Part shown: in pieces, positions 16,801 through 23,202 of the stretch | Layout: every line of letters begins with the position of its first letter | Position numbering within the stretch: the stretch's first letter is position 1 | Source: a virus | Lineage: Duplodnaviria; Heunggongvirae; Uroviricota; Caudoviricetes | Reading direction: 5' to 3' (one strand) | DNA: 26,151 nucleotides | IMG/VR virus record: IMGVR_UViG_3300029288_000128 | Span: 1 to 26,151 of that record | Made by a program: the position numbers and the translations under genes | Notes under the pieces: model-generated | The model's database searches: none | What the model was told of the DNA's origin: nothing | What the model saw: only the letters and a program-made list of their open reading frames with translations

Positions 16801-19800
16801 TCCTGATAGTATAGTCTCGAGACTTGTTGCTATGGAAAAAGGCGACATAACCAAGATGACTATAGCCGAGTCTGCCGCCATAGCCGCACAGCGCGCCAAT
16901 GTTTACATGAGCAAGGCTGATATCTCCAGGTTTATTAAGGAAAATAACCTTGGAGAAAGCGAAGCAATGGACTTCCAGGCCGCAACTAAAGGCAAGAAGG
17001 TTCTTGTTATTGCCGATGACGTGCAGTCATCGTTGTTTGATGCTGATCGAAACACTTTAAACGAAGCCGTACACAATGGTATGGAGTTCATGTTCTCTGA
17101 CAAAATGTCAGTTGGAGAAGAACGTGTTTTGGAATACATCTCACAATTTAAAGGAGTGAAGTTGTCTTCAATCAAGGAGTCATTGATTGGTAAGATTAAA
17201 AATGGCCAAGTAAAGAATGGCCCTGATATGATCTTTACTATAAGCAAGAACATTAAAGAACAAAACCGCGCGTCACTACTAAAGAAGTGGGAAGAAGTTG
17301 ACGCCGCTGGCCAAGTCAGGATATACAAATCGTCAGACAAGATAATGAATGATATCCAGAATAAATTTACACAAGAAGTCGACAAGTGGAGATCGTCAAA
17401 AGAAAATTTCTTACCAGACTTTGCAGTAGAGAAAGCTAAGTTCGGCGAAGACCCGAAAGATATACTAATAGATCTCGCTTCAGTTGCCGGTACAAACAAA
17501 ATAAAAGAAGCGATGAAGCTAAACACAGAGGCAATGCTTAAGGATTACCGCGAACAATTGATGAAGACAATACCAGAGGGGATCGATGATATAACCAAGC
17601 GAGCAATGATCAAGCAGATAGAGAACGAAGTTGGATCAACTGCTATCCTTATGAAAGAAATTGGCACAGAGATATTCAAATTCGGTGAAGGTAAGACATG
17701 GCTTGAAACTTTAAGAAATAAAATTTCATCACGCCTTACGTTCTATGCAATGTTTGACCAACCTCAAACAGGATTGAATCCGGGTTACCCAGATGTGATA
17801 CCAGAATATGTGACGGCTTTGCGCTCAGCAGAATGGATGCTTCGTAACGGCAAAAGACTAGCAACAGAGTTGTCCGCATTAGGCAGCACATTGATGAGCG
17901 TATGGATACGCGCCGTCTTGCTATATAGACCTAGATGGCAAGTGTGGAATACATTAGGTGATGGTGTTAGAGCAATAGGTGCGGCCAAAGATGTTATGAT
18001 AATGAGCAAATACCTTGAAATACTTTCAGTAGGATCGTTTAAATTCTACAAAAAGTTCTTCAAAGAAATTTCCAAAATACCTTTAGAAGCTTTACCTAAA
18101 GGAGCCAGAGAAAGAATGAGCGGCTTCTTGTCTCATGATCTACTCGAACTTGATTTCTCCAAACCATTAACCAGAACAAAATACTTTGAACTTAAAAGTT
18201 CTTTGTCTGATGTGGCTAAGTTGATGAAAGAAGGCGGAGTATCTGCGACTGGCGAAACAATCACTCCAGCGATGATGGATCGTATGACTTCATCAGGTAT
18301 TGATAGAATAATTGCTTCGCCTGAATTCGCTCAAGAGAAGATCAACTTGATGAAGACTAGTGGATTCCTGTCGCGCGTTGCTAAGAGAGTCAGAGTCATA
18401 GATAGTGATATACAAATTGTTTCATCTACAATGGAATCAATGAGACGTGCCACATTGGCATGGAATTTGCTATACAAAAAATCAATGAGCGCTGCCAGAG
18501 CTGAAATGAAAATTAAGAAGTGGCAGTTCGACTATAGAGAACTCACATTAGCCGGACGTTTAATGAGAAACTTTTTTCCATTCTATACATTTACTTCTAA
18601 ATCACTGCAATTATATCTAGGGCTATGTGCCAAGTATGGACCTGGTGTTTGGAACGGAGCCAGCGCTTTGCTTGACGCGTTTGAATCAGCCACAGAAGAT
18701 ATGCCAGACCAATATAAAACTAGAATACAAATAGGTAATAGGGTTTGGTGGCTTACAAACTTTGGTGTCCAAGAATATTTTGATATGATAATCAACCCAT
18801 CCAAGATGATGGAAGAGTTTGTTAAAAATCCAGGGCATATGCTATTCGGTTTGAGCTTCGGGCCAATAGGTAGCGCCGCCATGAATGTTATTACCGGGAA
18901 AGGATTCTATGATACCACTGCTTCTACCGAAGAATTCTACCAACGCGGCTGGACTACAGAAGAAATAGATAACTTTAAAAATAAAGATGATGCTAAGTTT
19001 TCAGATTCTATTTCATTTGATAAGTCAGACGAAGCTGTCTACGCATTGCTAGTAGCCTCGTTACCATTTGGTGCGCTAGCTCAAGATCTTACGAAGGTAG
19101 ATATTGCTACGATACTCAGAGGCAATACCACCATGAATAGCAAGAAGGTCAGGACATTGATGAATTATTTCTTCGGTGCTAACTACAAGAAGATGGAAGA
19201 TATCGAGATGGTGTTTGATACTATGATGAAACTTCCACCTCACGAACAATACATACTCAAAGAATCATTGAAGCGCGAGAACCCTGACTTGTATGACTAC
19301 CTAAGACAGTACTCACTACTTAGTAAGATAACAAAGATTCTAAACGCACAAGGAGTTGATTGGTCTGACAAGTCTCAGAACCTTATTAATTCCATGGTTG
19401 TGTATCTTTATTATGATAAAGAATCAGAATTACATGGATCTGGTGACGAATGGTTGAATGAGAATCCAAACTTTAAAAAGATAATGGAAGCCCAATGGGC
19501 AACAGGGGCAATGACATCCGGCAAGATCTATGGCAAAGAAAAGTTTGCCAAGGCCCAACTAGAATCTATAGCTAAAAAGATTTTGACCAATGTCAAAGAT
19601 GCAGATGATAAGAAGATAGCCAAGATGAGGCTAGCCGGTATCGAGATTCCTTTTGACAAATCAATTAAGAAACAAGACTTGTATAATTCTTTCTACGATG
19701 ACAAAGGAAACTTCAGACTCACAAGCGAAGACCAGTTGGTTAATATAATTGATGCCTATGGGCTCGAAGGCAAACTGTTTGAGATAAACAATCTCAAGTC

Positions 19801-22090
19801 AGAAGCCGAGAAAGGATACCAGGATTGGAAAAACCTGTCGCTTAAAGCCAGAGATTTAAAGAATGCCAGTGATCAAAAGTATTATGACAGTATGTCGATG
19901 GTATTCAAAGTTCTGCCAAGCAATCTCGAAGACATGTCTCAAGAAGAATCGGCCAAAGTCTGGAACAAATATAACGCACTACTTAAGACTTTAATACTTG
20001 ATAACCCTGAATTCAAAAAGAAATATATGGCAGAGATGCCGGAGTGGCAGCGCAAGTACGGCGAATTCAATGCCAAGTACGCAGCTATCTGGGCCAAGTT
20101 AAGATCAACGTCTGATGATAGCGAGAATTACTTTACTAAATTCTCAAAGCAACCAGCCTGGTTCCAGAAGTGGTATTTTTATGGCAACCCTGAAGCCAGA
20201 ATCACGTACCCAAAATACACAACAATCTTTGCTGAGATGAAAAAGAATCCTAACGCCGACTACTATGATCTGTTCTACCAGAAACTTGGTGACAAGTCAT
20301 GGGATAAATTCAGAGAGCTAGTTTTCAAAAAGTATCCAGAAAAGAAAATCTATTTCCCTGTCGCTGCAATCTATAATAAGACAATCAAAAAATTAATAGC
20401 CCTTACTGGGGATGATAAGTCAGCACAGTTTGCTAAGTTATATGATTGGTTATGGGCCAAGCAAGATGTATTGAAAGCATGGGATAAAGCCAAGCCAGGC
20501 CAATATGTTTATATCGAGAAACTCAGAGAAATGAATAAATCAGGTGATGCCTCGGATTACTATCACAGATTCTATGCTAATAATGACAAGTCATGGAAAG
20601 AATTCCGGAAAGTTTACTTTGATAGAAAGCCATTACGTAAAGAATACTATCCATTGGCATTAGAACTTGAAGGCAAGACTTATGCTGAACGCGAAGCTAT
20701 ATTGAAAGATCCTAAATACAAGGATGCTATTATAGCCTGGAACAAAGATAAGCCGGGTGGCTTGGCGCGATCACAAGAGTATGTTAAATACGAAAAGCAA
20801 TGGGCCCAATTCAATGCTATTGATGATTCTACCTGGGAAGGTAAGCGTGCCAAGGCAGAGTTCTTAAAAACGAACCCCGATCTTGTAAAACTCTGGGATA
20901 ATAATGACAAGCCGGAAGAACTCGCGATCAAACACAAGCAAAGAGATTACTTTGATATCCTTTATCAGATACCAGCTGACGGCAAGGGGCGAGACTACCT
21001 AACAAAGTACTTTACTTTGAAAGCTCAGGCCGATAAATTCTTAAAAGATAATCCGGATCTTCAAAAATACTGGGATAGTAAAACAAAGATTACAACATCA
21101 AAAGAAAAAGTTGTCAATAATTTAAAAGATAAGTTCTTTAGTCTCACATTATCTGCTGACAAACAGCAGTTCTTAATTGAGAACCCGGAACTAGATCAGT
21201 ATTTCTTAAACCTTTTACCGCCTGGTATAAGGAGACTTAAGATACTTGAGAACTTATATTTCAAACTTAATGACAGCAGTACTAGAAAATCATTCCTACA
21301 AGCCCGGCCAGAGTTAATCGAGTACTGGGAGATGAAGAAGATGCCGGCCAGTTTCTTAACTAACCCGGGAGTAATGAAAGAATGGAACGATAAGTTGGCT
21401 AGCTTTACACGATTTACTGACGCTGCCACCAAAGGTAGATGGGAAGACGTCGAGTTGCTGCGCAAATCTATCTCTTCGGCGCCAGACACAACTACCGACG
21501 AAGGCAAATGGTTGGCCGATAAGATGTATACTGAGGCCATGAAAGCATGGTCAGCAACATTTGGTTCAATAATGTCTACATATTTCTTTAGAGCATTACC
21601 ATCATGGATAAGAGATGAGTATTTTAAGAGTCACCCTAATTCCAGGGTCCTATCGTATTTGTCTCTTGGTCGAGCCATGGAAGAAGGCTTACGTATATAC
21701 GAGTCAAAGAACAAGCAAGAATCCTGGGCACTTAAACTGCAGGAAAAGTATGGCAAAGATATGCCATATAAACTGAAGGATAAGGTACAGCGAGAAATGA
21801 TACGTCTTGGTAAATGGCACGACAGATCCTACTGGTCAAAAGCACAGTGGGCTGAATACAATCTGCAGCATTTGGCCAAGCAGAATAATATAAAGAGCTC
21901 TGATTTTGATAGGATCAAGTTCCTAGGCATCATAGCCAAGCGAGTTATTGAAACTTATTCACAATCTATCTTCCCGAAACCATTAAAAGAGTTCGGAGTT
22001 TTGAATGTATTCTTAGGATCAGAAGAACTGCTTATGCGGAAGAACCTCGCAAAGAAAACGAAAACAATATTGTTTGACTATGAGCTCTAA
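7895..22090 (+). CDS. Giant (4731 aa) virion/DNA-ejection or polyvalent protein with LysM-like segments
   Basis: Uninterrupted 14.2-kb ORF directly upstream of adaptor-like and nozzle-like genes; coiled coils, Gly/Ala hydrophobic segment, DPINYL motif, three LysM-like units, and a QFDY...FFPFYTF motif like those of phage polyvalent/internal virion proteins. Confidence 0.85.
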   Translation: MNIDKQQYTNTVLAAKNKLKNGTSWGDVWNEVKSKFKELPNEQIDYDLGPEWREANAYQKYLKGNLPPVRSTVKYNYFADLELAKAKLNKGFDLAKVQNELTSKYKSLDSKQVLTDLGAQYKLPKAGPMTPEIKKLQTVTPKEELKLKAYQKTLDPDYLSGKKDPVKDAVKIEKEAIDQAKRIDDYNKPEPTVTVVEPKQQDVTIVEPKPQKVEVVDQRMSEKPKVDLDTNPYTPEKEPFVKPLKVDDTRTSSDTAHRLNLFFDNDPDVANLDRKYGNNLDAIHQPGNEDIFNEVVGVTLPKMQELVKPIMADNKSGMDYISEQLDKFYDETKVTPYWQSRIKAVTDKMIADPNIDNKKLPNPFFTETVFPKYELTLADLQPKIDAVQSMSTISHIQPTIKKDDKTITVMSQIPNSTPMIVIPDQVVRDMTTRKLTKEINLEEWQIELSKARRDKELAVTGKIPAIQKKFNDEVAKLDALKKATGIPEDSIIRKTQVAEREMTTQEGEILQYINTKLSKAFSFKGTESVNALRSKHGAAIAELSKSLKVLSDLNSFNTTRNELSATYQKTALTEQALTKKYKQTNSDIEKLIAVPGMKSYIEGAQKDPAQITPAEYTSLINFQADNKANINKLIELGKQVENIRAEMSRNSIAGNNAAKRYQEISDDIKSSFNGAVAGITSTNFKQIVTSGNIMSATEADDLIKTIKGYDANKRFVESNNDKYLKELDKYDMKTQKLLLEEAVIQDNIQNIYNDLIKVSNEVTDADKRIAKYSGFDEVARLKHESQVQEAVLKANYNPFAWKTLKTATEEVFGESATAMDVTDVRLAAGKSVLGGTGELAMDIISTVGKGLIQIPRVAINSIDGVVKLGAAMGNYQLSNMENLGIKGSEIDWLKQQNQKIIDSPWLADEMGKGIAAEAADYYKNLHTYVLPQIVMHAGDTVKLLEGFCNFGEEGTDIARDWFLNGVKNAGLSQDAVNLIESFSEVIDPYIYGSRLLHAIRLNMNDPDLPENADLLWTEYDKKTVTTTIDGPLENFLDPWNQERIEEIKELNKGIKDFNNIPAGTELIIYPGNPYASQIMKDMDKRQKFIAGMQSEERFITDETTSLYDIVKVGPDREKIITSILDLNDFNALGLNSKNTNDWTEIPKGITIRIPKAFDEPLVANILLSTSARLKYAKEHPIRYTLFNEALILGTDPINYLWAPGMQAIKLGSTSVLKAGYSKLATAAEKSAYLATTKKMADFTWSLSRVLFEKKAPLPQLYNNPDNLSFFKLVKNGMEFKSMDLTTLSSLRTKLAAMSVVNSLPDMFRPIVKMTDNEIENLRELNTIKYLQGLEDVTKTQGLAKDQIETFLSNYIKDQKGATTREREIFHVFSEKLGLGTQEIEDMIGKTHPELYYNKVVTTKVTNIKDIVDKDIMADKAKYDEIVRINQFKERKIDPEKIPTGFKVVVSEDNFIKRVKDQIYYSRFVTKPEQEYMMLRMGKLDDIGNEALLNFFRRTSVNGEPIRLIMNQKELDQAIRRMHLKYPKAKESINKAVDVAKEYRRRTKFYANAVSQQILVPIKMTSNMKMFVLDSKNPLDYKLLKDKQAFTTIKNPDTGEMILIYNKNYASKIGLGMDLIAYNAKLYGKKILNLDEAIGTMSTSLRKMEVSGGKTERTWFRENPDGSIELVQQPATGGKAKVEFTLKKGTAADNITLRNLLVTAAIRKEIGWLRKFFNKQEYAIIFGNREKGIKGLLDNIIELSGKKIKVKQSYERDMGEVLDDLQRLGAAGNRKKFSIDEQDLEIFSGDSQIEFLLSLAASIQDIYRTNKSIFNITHGILKKTKEEIQRSLAAGKMPVHKMTPVEDLTLLIMDKVEKNKNFFGGNSKIIDKLLGDVNITDTEKSSIAKEVESLANSRKQMLKAKRILNKMRDGGFAKNTVDDINRGIKTQFTFNTLKGESREAAVGRVLKTIPGFISPEDASRFKLGKLSDEAAMQMDFMHKALYAYAANPINEQFTYLISRNIPQEALPGAITEYSKPILEAFVKLSKKLDDEHGAPKERFTSIIEDAVHHAQDSLVVLKLTAGQMAKDVVAKLDTLELEVAKAKKQMLKDTGTFNKSKFGKKYQAFTKVAQDNLTRSSSRYKQLLEEAEAYAKKYGTEFHDRLSAEMEFMPSSRLQSDFVITPEIEKALYSVKTGEHKGSTLVISNRTPEEAAVIEYLRSKPNEFLEGSDFVVEKADEIKDLMTSEEIVELMYKRNLNPLAYWMLDNQNGLTMYKDSIVRLLSLSVDPTVSRELKQVYYDKLYRFMINSNVMSFDLFKKDLPHLSAERLMLMSPQQLTKEIMTSNVSVARKQELLKLAKAKGAEMLQKQLELSDIEKATTAGATESKLESLSSGIVRSKKQTPVGENLSRAEQPDYIDPDRLREGSLNPTENKDSRINIDQNEKLFDEMENLNAALYAVRKALGIEDLTKLTKGKVADNQSLLWKIEKSFDGDIATEDELKLLSMANGNYIAVGGAEFTKETTRRMAKAKLPITEFDNDKFVSDMATALDAPSAMGHEDLEKRILDTAGTSEMRAKVAKIDDELATVNNSEANLRATIYSDTKLLDDATKKGRADKVTAIESDLVSYRKALVTVESKKNALELERDSLSRKIDANTNATDFLVNNKFDGDSFKYIEKRIAEIDNSISRTERLIKSTTDRQTLGNLLISKRMLEAERNMYNAAKRMIVPWNIATMNGVQFTAKEIYQAAKGYISPEMESKLATLGPKVAEYIKDANAGNMKAIGLDDINLPTVKMTKINKDSIRDLFYKPIEEGKIGHPSAMRVPKVDTITIETMRDSEAIVAAIKDLIERTSKEQRYPYVIDMTGNLAKRLERLDPELAKKVHIVNKDYFTHDSLANINATAGTILTDSEVKAYEEIIKGINEHGPVWIFGEKSAKVNADTIKDAFYKKALDEDERLLLRQARIDSDRITKKFRESSPGSAMFYPKDPDSIVSRLVAMEKGDITKMTIAESAAIAAQRANVYMSKADISRFIKENNLGESEAMDFQAATKGKKVLVIADDVQSSLFDADRNTLNEAVHNGMEFMFSDKMSVGEERVLEYISQFKGVKLSSIKESLIGKIKNGQVKNGPDMIFTISKNIKEQNRASLLKKWEEVDAAGQVRIYKSSDKIMNDIQNKFTQEVDKWRSSKENFLPDFAVEKAKFGEDPKDILIDLASVAGTNKIKEAMKLNTEAMLKDYREQLMKTIPEGIDDITKRAMIKQIENEVGSTAILMKEIGTEIFKFGEGKTWLETLRNKISSRLTFYAMFDQPQTGLNPGYPDVIPEYVTALRSAEWMLRNGKRLATELSALGSTLMSVWIRAVLLYRPRWQVWNTLGDGVRAIGAAKDVMIMSKYLEILSVGSFKFYKKFFKEISKIPLEALPKGARERMSGFLSHDLLELDFSKPLTRTKYFELKSSLSDVAKLMKEGGVSATGETITPAMMDRMTSSGIDRIIASPEFAQEKINLMKTSGFLSRVAKRVRVIDSDIQIVSSTMESMRRATLAWNLLYKKSMSAARAEMKIKKWQFDYRELTLAGRLMRNFFPFYTFTSKSLQLYLGLCAKYGPGVWNGASALLDAFESATEDMPDQYKTRIQIGNRVWWLTNFGVQEYFDMIINPSKMMEEFVKNPGHMLFGLSFGPIGSAAMNVITGKGFYDTTASTEEFYQRGWTTEEIDNFKNKDDAKFSDSISFDKSDEAVYALLVASLPFGALAQDLTKVDIATILRGNTTMNSKKVRTLMNYFFGANYKKMEDIEMVFDTMMKLPPHEQYILKESLKRENPDLYDYLRQYSLLSKITKILNAQGVDWSDKSQNLINSMVVYLYYDKESELHGSGDEWLNENPNFKKIMEAQWATGAMTSGKIYGKEKFAKAQLESIAKKILTNVKDADDKKIAKMRLAGIEIPFDKSIKKQDLYNSFYDDKGNFRLTSEDQLVNIIDAYGLEGKLFEINNLKSEAEKGYQDWKNLSLKARDLKNASDQKYYDSMSMVFKVLPSNLEDMSQEESAKVWNKYNALLKTLILDNPEFKKKYMAEMPEWQRKYGEFNAKYAAIWAKLRSTSDDSENYFTKFSKQPAWFQKWYFYGNPEARITYPKYTTIFAEMKKNPNADYYDLFYQKLGDKSWDKFRELVFKKYPEKKIYFPVAAIYNKTIKKLIALTGDDKSAQFAKLYDWLWAKQDVLKAWDKAKPGQYVYIEKLREMNKSGDASDYYHRFYANNDKSWKEFRKVYFDRKPLRKEYYPLALELEGKTYAEREAILKDPKYKDAIIAWNKDKPGGLARSQEYVKYEKQWAQFNAIDDSTWEGKRAKAEFLKTNPDLVKLWDNNDKPEELAIKHKQRDYFDILYQIPADGKGRDYLTKYFTLKAQADKFLKDNPDLQKYWDSKTKITTSKEKVVNNLKDKFFSLTLSADKQQFLIENPELDQYFLNLLPPGIRRLKILENLYFKLNDSSTRKSFLQARPELIEYWEMKKMPASFLTNPGVMKEWNDKLASFTRFTDAATKGRWEDVELLRKSISSAPDTTTDEGKWLADKMYTEAMKAWSATFGSIMSTYFFRALPSWIRDEYFKSHPNSRVLSYLSLGRAMEEGLRIYESKNKQESWALKLQEKYGKDMPYKLKDKVQREMIRLGKWHDRSYWSKAQWAEYNLQHLAKQNNIKSSDFDRIKFLGIIAKRVIETYSQSIFPKPLKEFGVLNVFLGSEELLMRKNLAKKTKTILFDYEL

Positions 22091-22775
22091 AGATGCTATA
22101 ATTTATATAGATACGTTGATAAATAAAAATATGATTATAAGAGACTTCATAAAAGATTTAGCCAGAGCGGCCAGTGACCCACAATATATTGTGACATCGG
22201 CAGTCGACTGGTTAGATATAATAAATTCAGAGGGCCAATCAATGTTCCCTGATGTTTTAATAGAGACTACTACCACGTTAACCTGGAATACCAGCACTGA
22301 GATAGATGAAACAAACAATATCATTGATCTAAGTGGCACAACTTACACCGGCATCTCAGATATTAAAGATATTTATCTTGTCGATTCCAACGGCAAGAGA
22401 TGGCCATACGATAATTATATCTATGACCGTGCAACGAAAAGAATCGACCTTGATCCCGAATCGCTAAAGACATCCGATATTTTCCCAAGCACAAGTTATC
22501 CTACAGTTATAATAAACTGGGTTGGCAGACTTGGCGCTGTTAACATGGCCAGCACAATAAGCTTAGATGTAGCCGAAGCTAGCTTGTTAAAAAAGATTTG
22601 CATCAAAGAAGCATTACAAAAAGTTCTTCTTGACCATATCAAGCTTGATAGATACAGAACTTTAGTTGCCAGATCAAACGAAGGAACTATCCTGGCCATA
22701 ATTACAGCCTACAATCAAGACATCGAGATGGATAGGAAGAGATTAAATAATTCTAATTCCGTCAGATCATTCTAG
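22074..22775 (+). CDS. Putative head-tail adaptor / tail tubular protein A-like (likely start ATG 22080 or 22131)
   Basis: Size, position before a nozzle-like gene, and N-terminal 'FIKDLARAASDP...DWLDIIN' helical pattern. Confidence 0.6.
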   Translation: MTMSSKDAIIYIDTLINKNMIIRDFIKDLARAASDPQYIVTSAVDWLDIINSEGQSMFPDVLIETTTTLTWNTSTEIDETNNIIDLSGTTYTGISDIKDIYLVDSNGKRWPYDNYIYDRATKRIDLDPESLKTSDIFPSTSYPTVIINWVGRLGAVNMASTISLDVAEASLLKKICIKEALQKVLLDHIKLDRYRTLVARSNEGTILAIITAYNQDIEMDRKRLNNSNSVRSF

Positions 22776-22790
22776 TGAATACAAATTCAC
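22775..22790. promoter_or_regulatory. GTGAA-N6-TTCAC palindrome, copy 5 (GTGAATACAAATTCAC)
   Basis: Overlaps the TAG of the adaptor gene, 12 nt before ATG 22803. Confidence 0.7.
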
Positions 22791-22802
22791 TGTCTCAAAA
22801 CA

Positions 22803-23198
22803 ATGGCCAAAACATATCGCGACTATTGTCTAGAGGCACTACAGAGACAACCAAAACTTTATAGCGGTATGTTCAATTGTGATGGTAGGTTAAAACCATT
22901 TCCTAATTTTTCTAGAAAGACTAAGACCTACACTGAGATCCCCAAGGAAGTATTAAGAACGTTGCCTCGAGACGGCCTTTTACTGGACAATACGAAAATC
23001 AAAACAAAGACTAAGGCGAGCATTAAGATTACTGGTACGCAAGTAGTTATGTATGGAAAAAAAATTAGCATGGAAATAATCCAAACTCCCGATAGTTGCA
23101 ATATAAAAGAGTATAATAAAATTTGGATGCATAACTATCGTGTTAGAAAAAGAATTAAAAAATTAAAAGAAGAGTTCGGGATAACTTACGAACTATAA
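22803..23198 (+). CDS. Basic hypothetical protein (131 aa)
   Basis: ORF track; Lys-rich; C-terminus YNKIWMHNYRVRKRIKKLKEEFGITYEL. Confidence 0.7.
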   Translation: MAKTYRDYCLEALQRQPKLYSGMFNCDGRLKPFPNFSRKTKTYTEIPKEVLRTLPRDGLLLDNTKIKTKTKASIKITGTQVVMYGKKISMEIIQTPDSCNIKEYNKIWMHNYRVRKRIKKLKEEFGITYEL

Positions 23199-23202
23199 TA
23201 AT

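Noticed and set aside
8122-22699. Numerous antisense and alternate-frame ORFs inside the giant ORF and the adaptor gene
   Set aside because: Ser/Leu/Phe-rich shadow translations fully overlapping long real genes.
22079-23198. Giant ORF and 131-aa ORF both end in -YEL*
   Set aside because: A three-residue match is consistent with chance.
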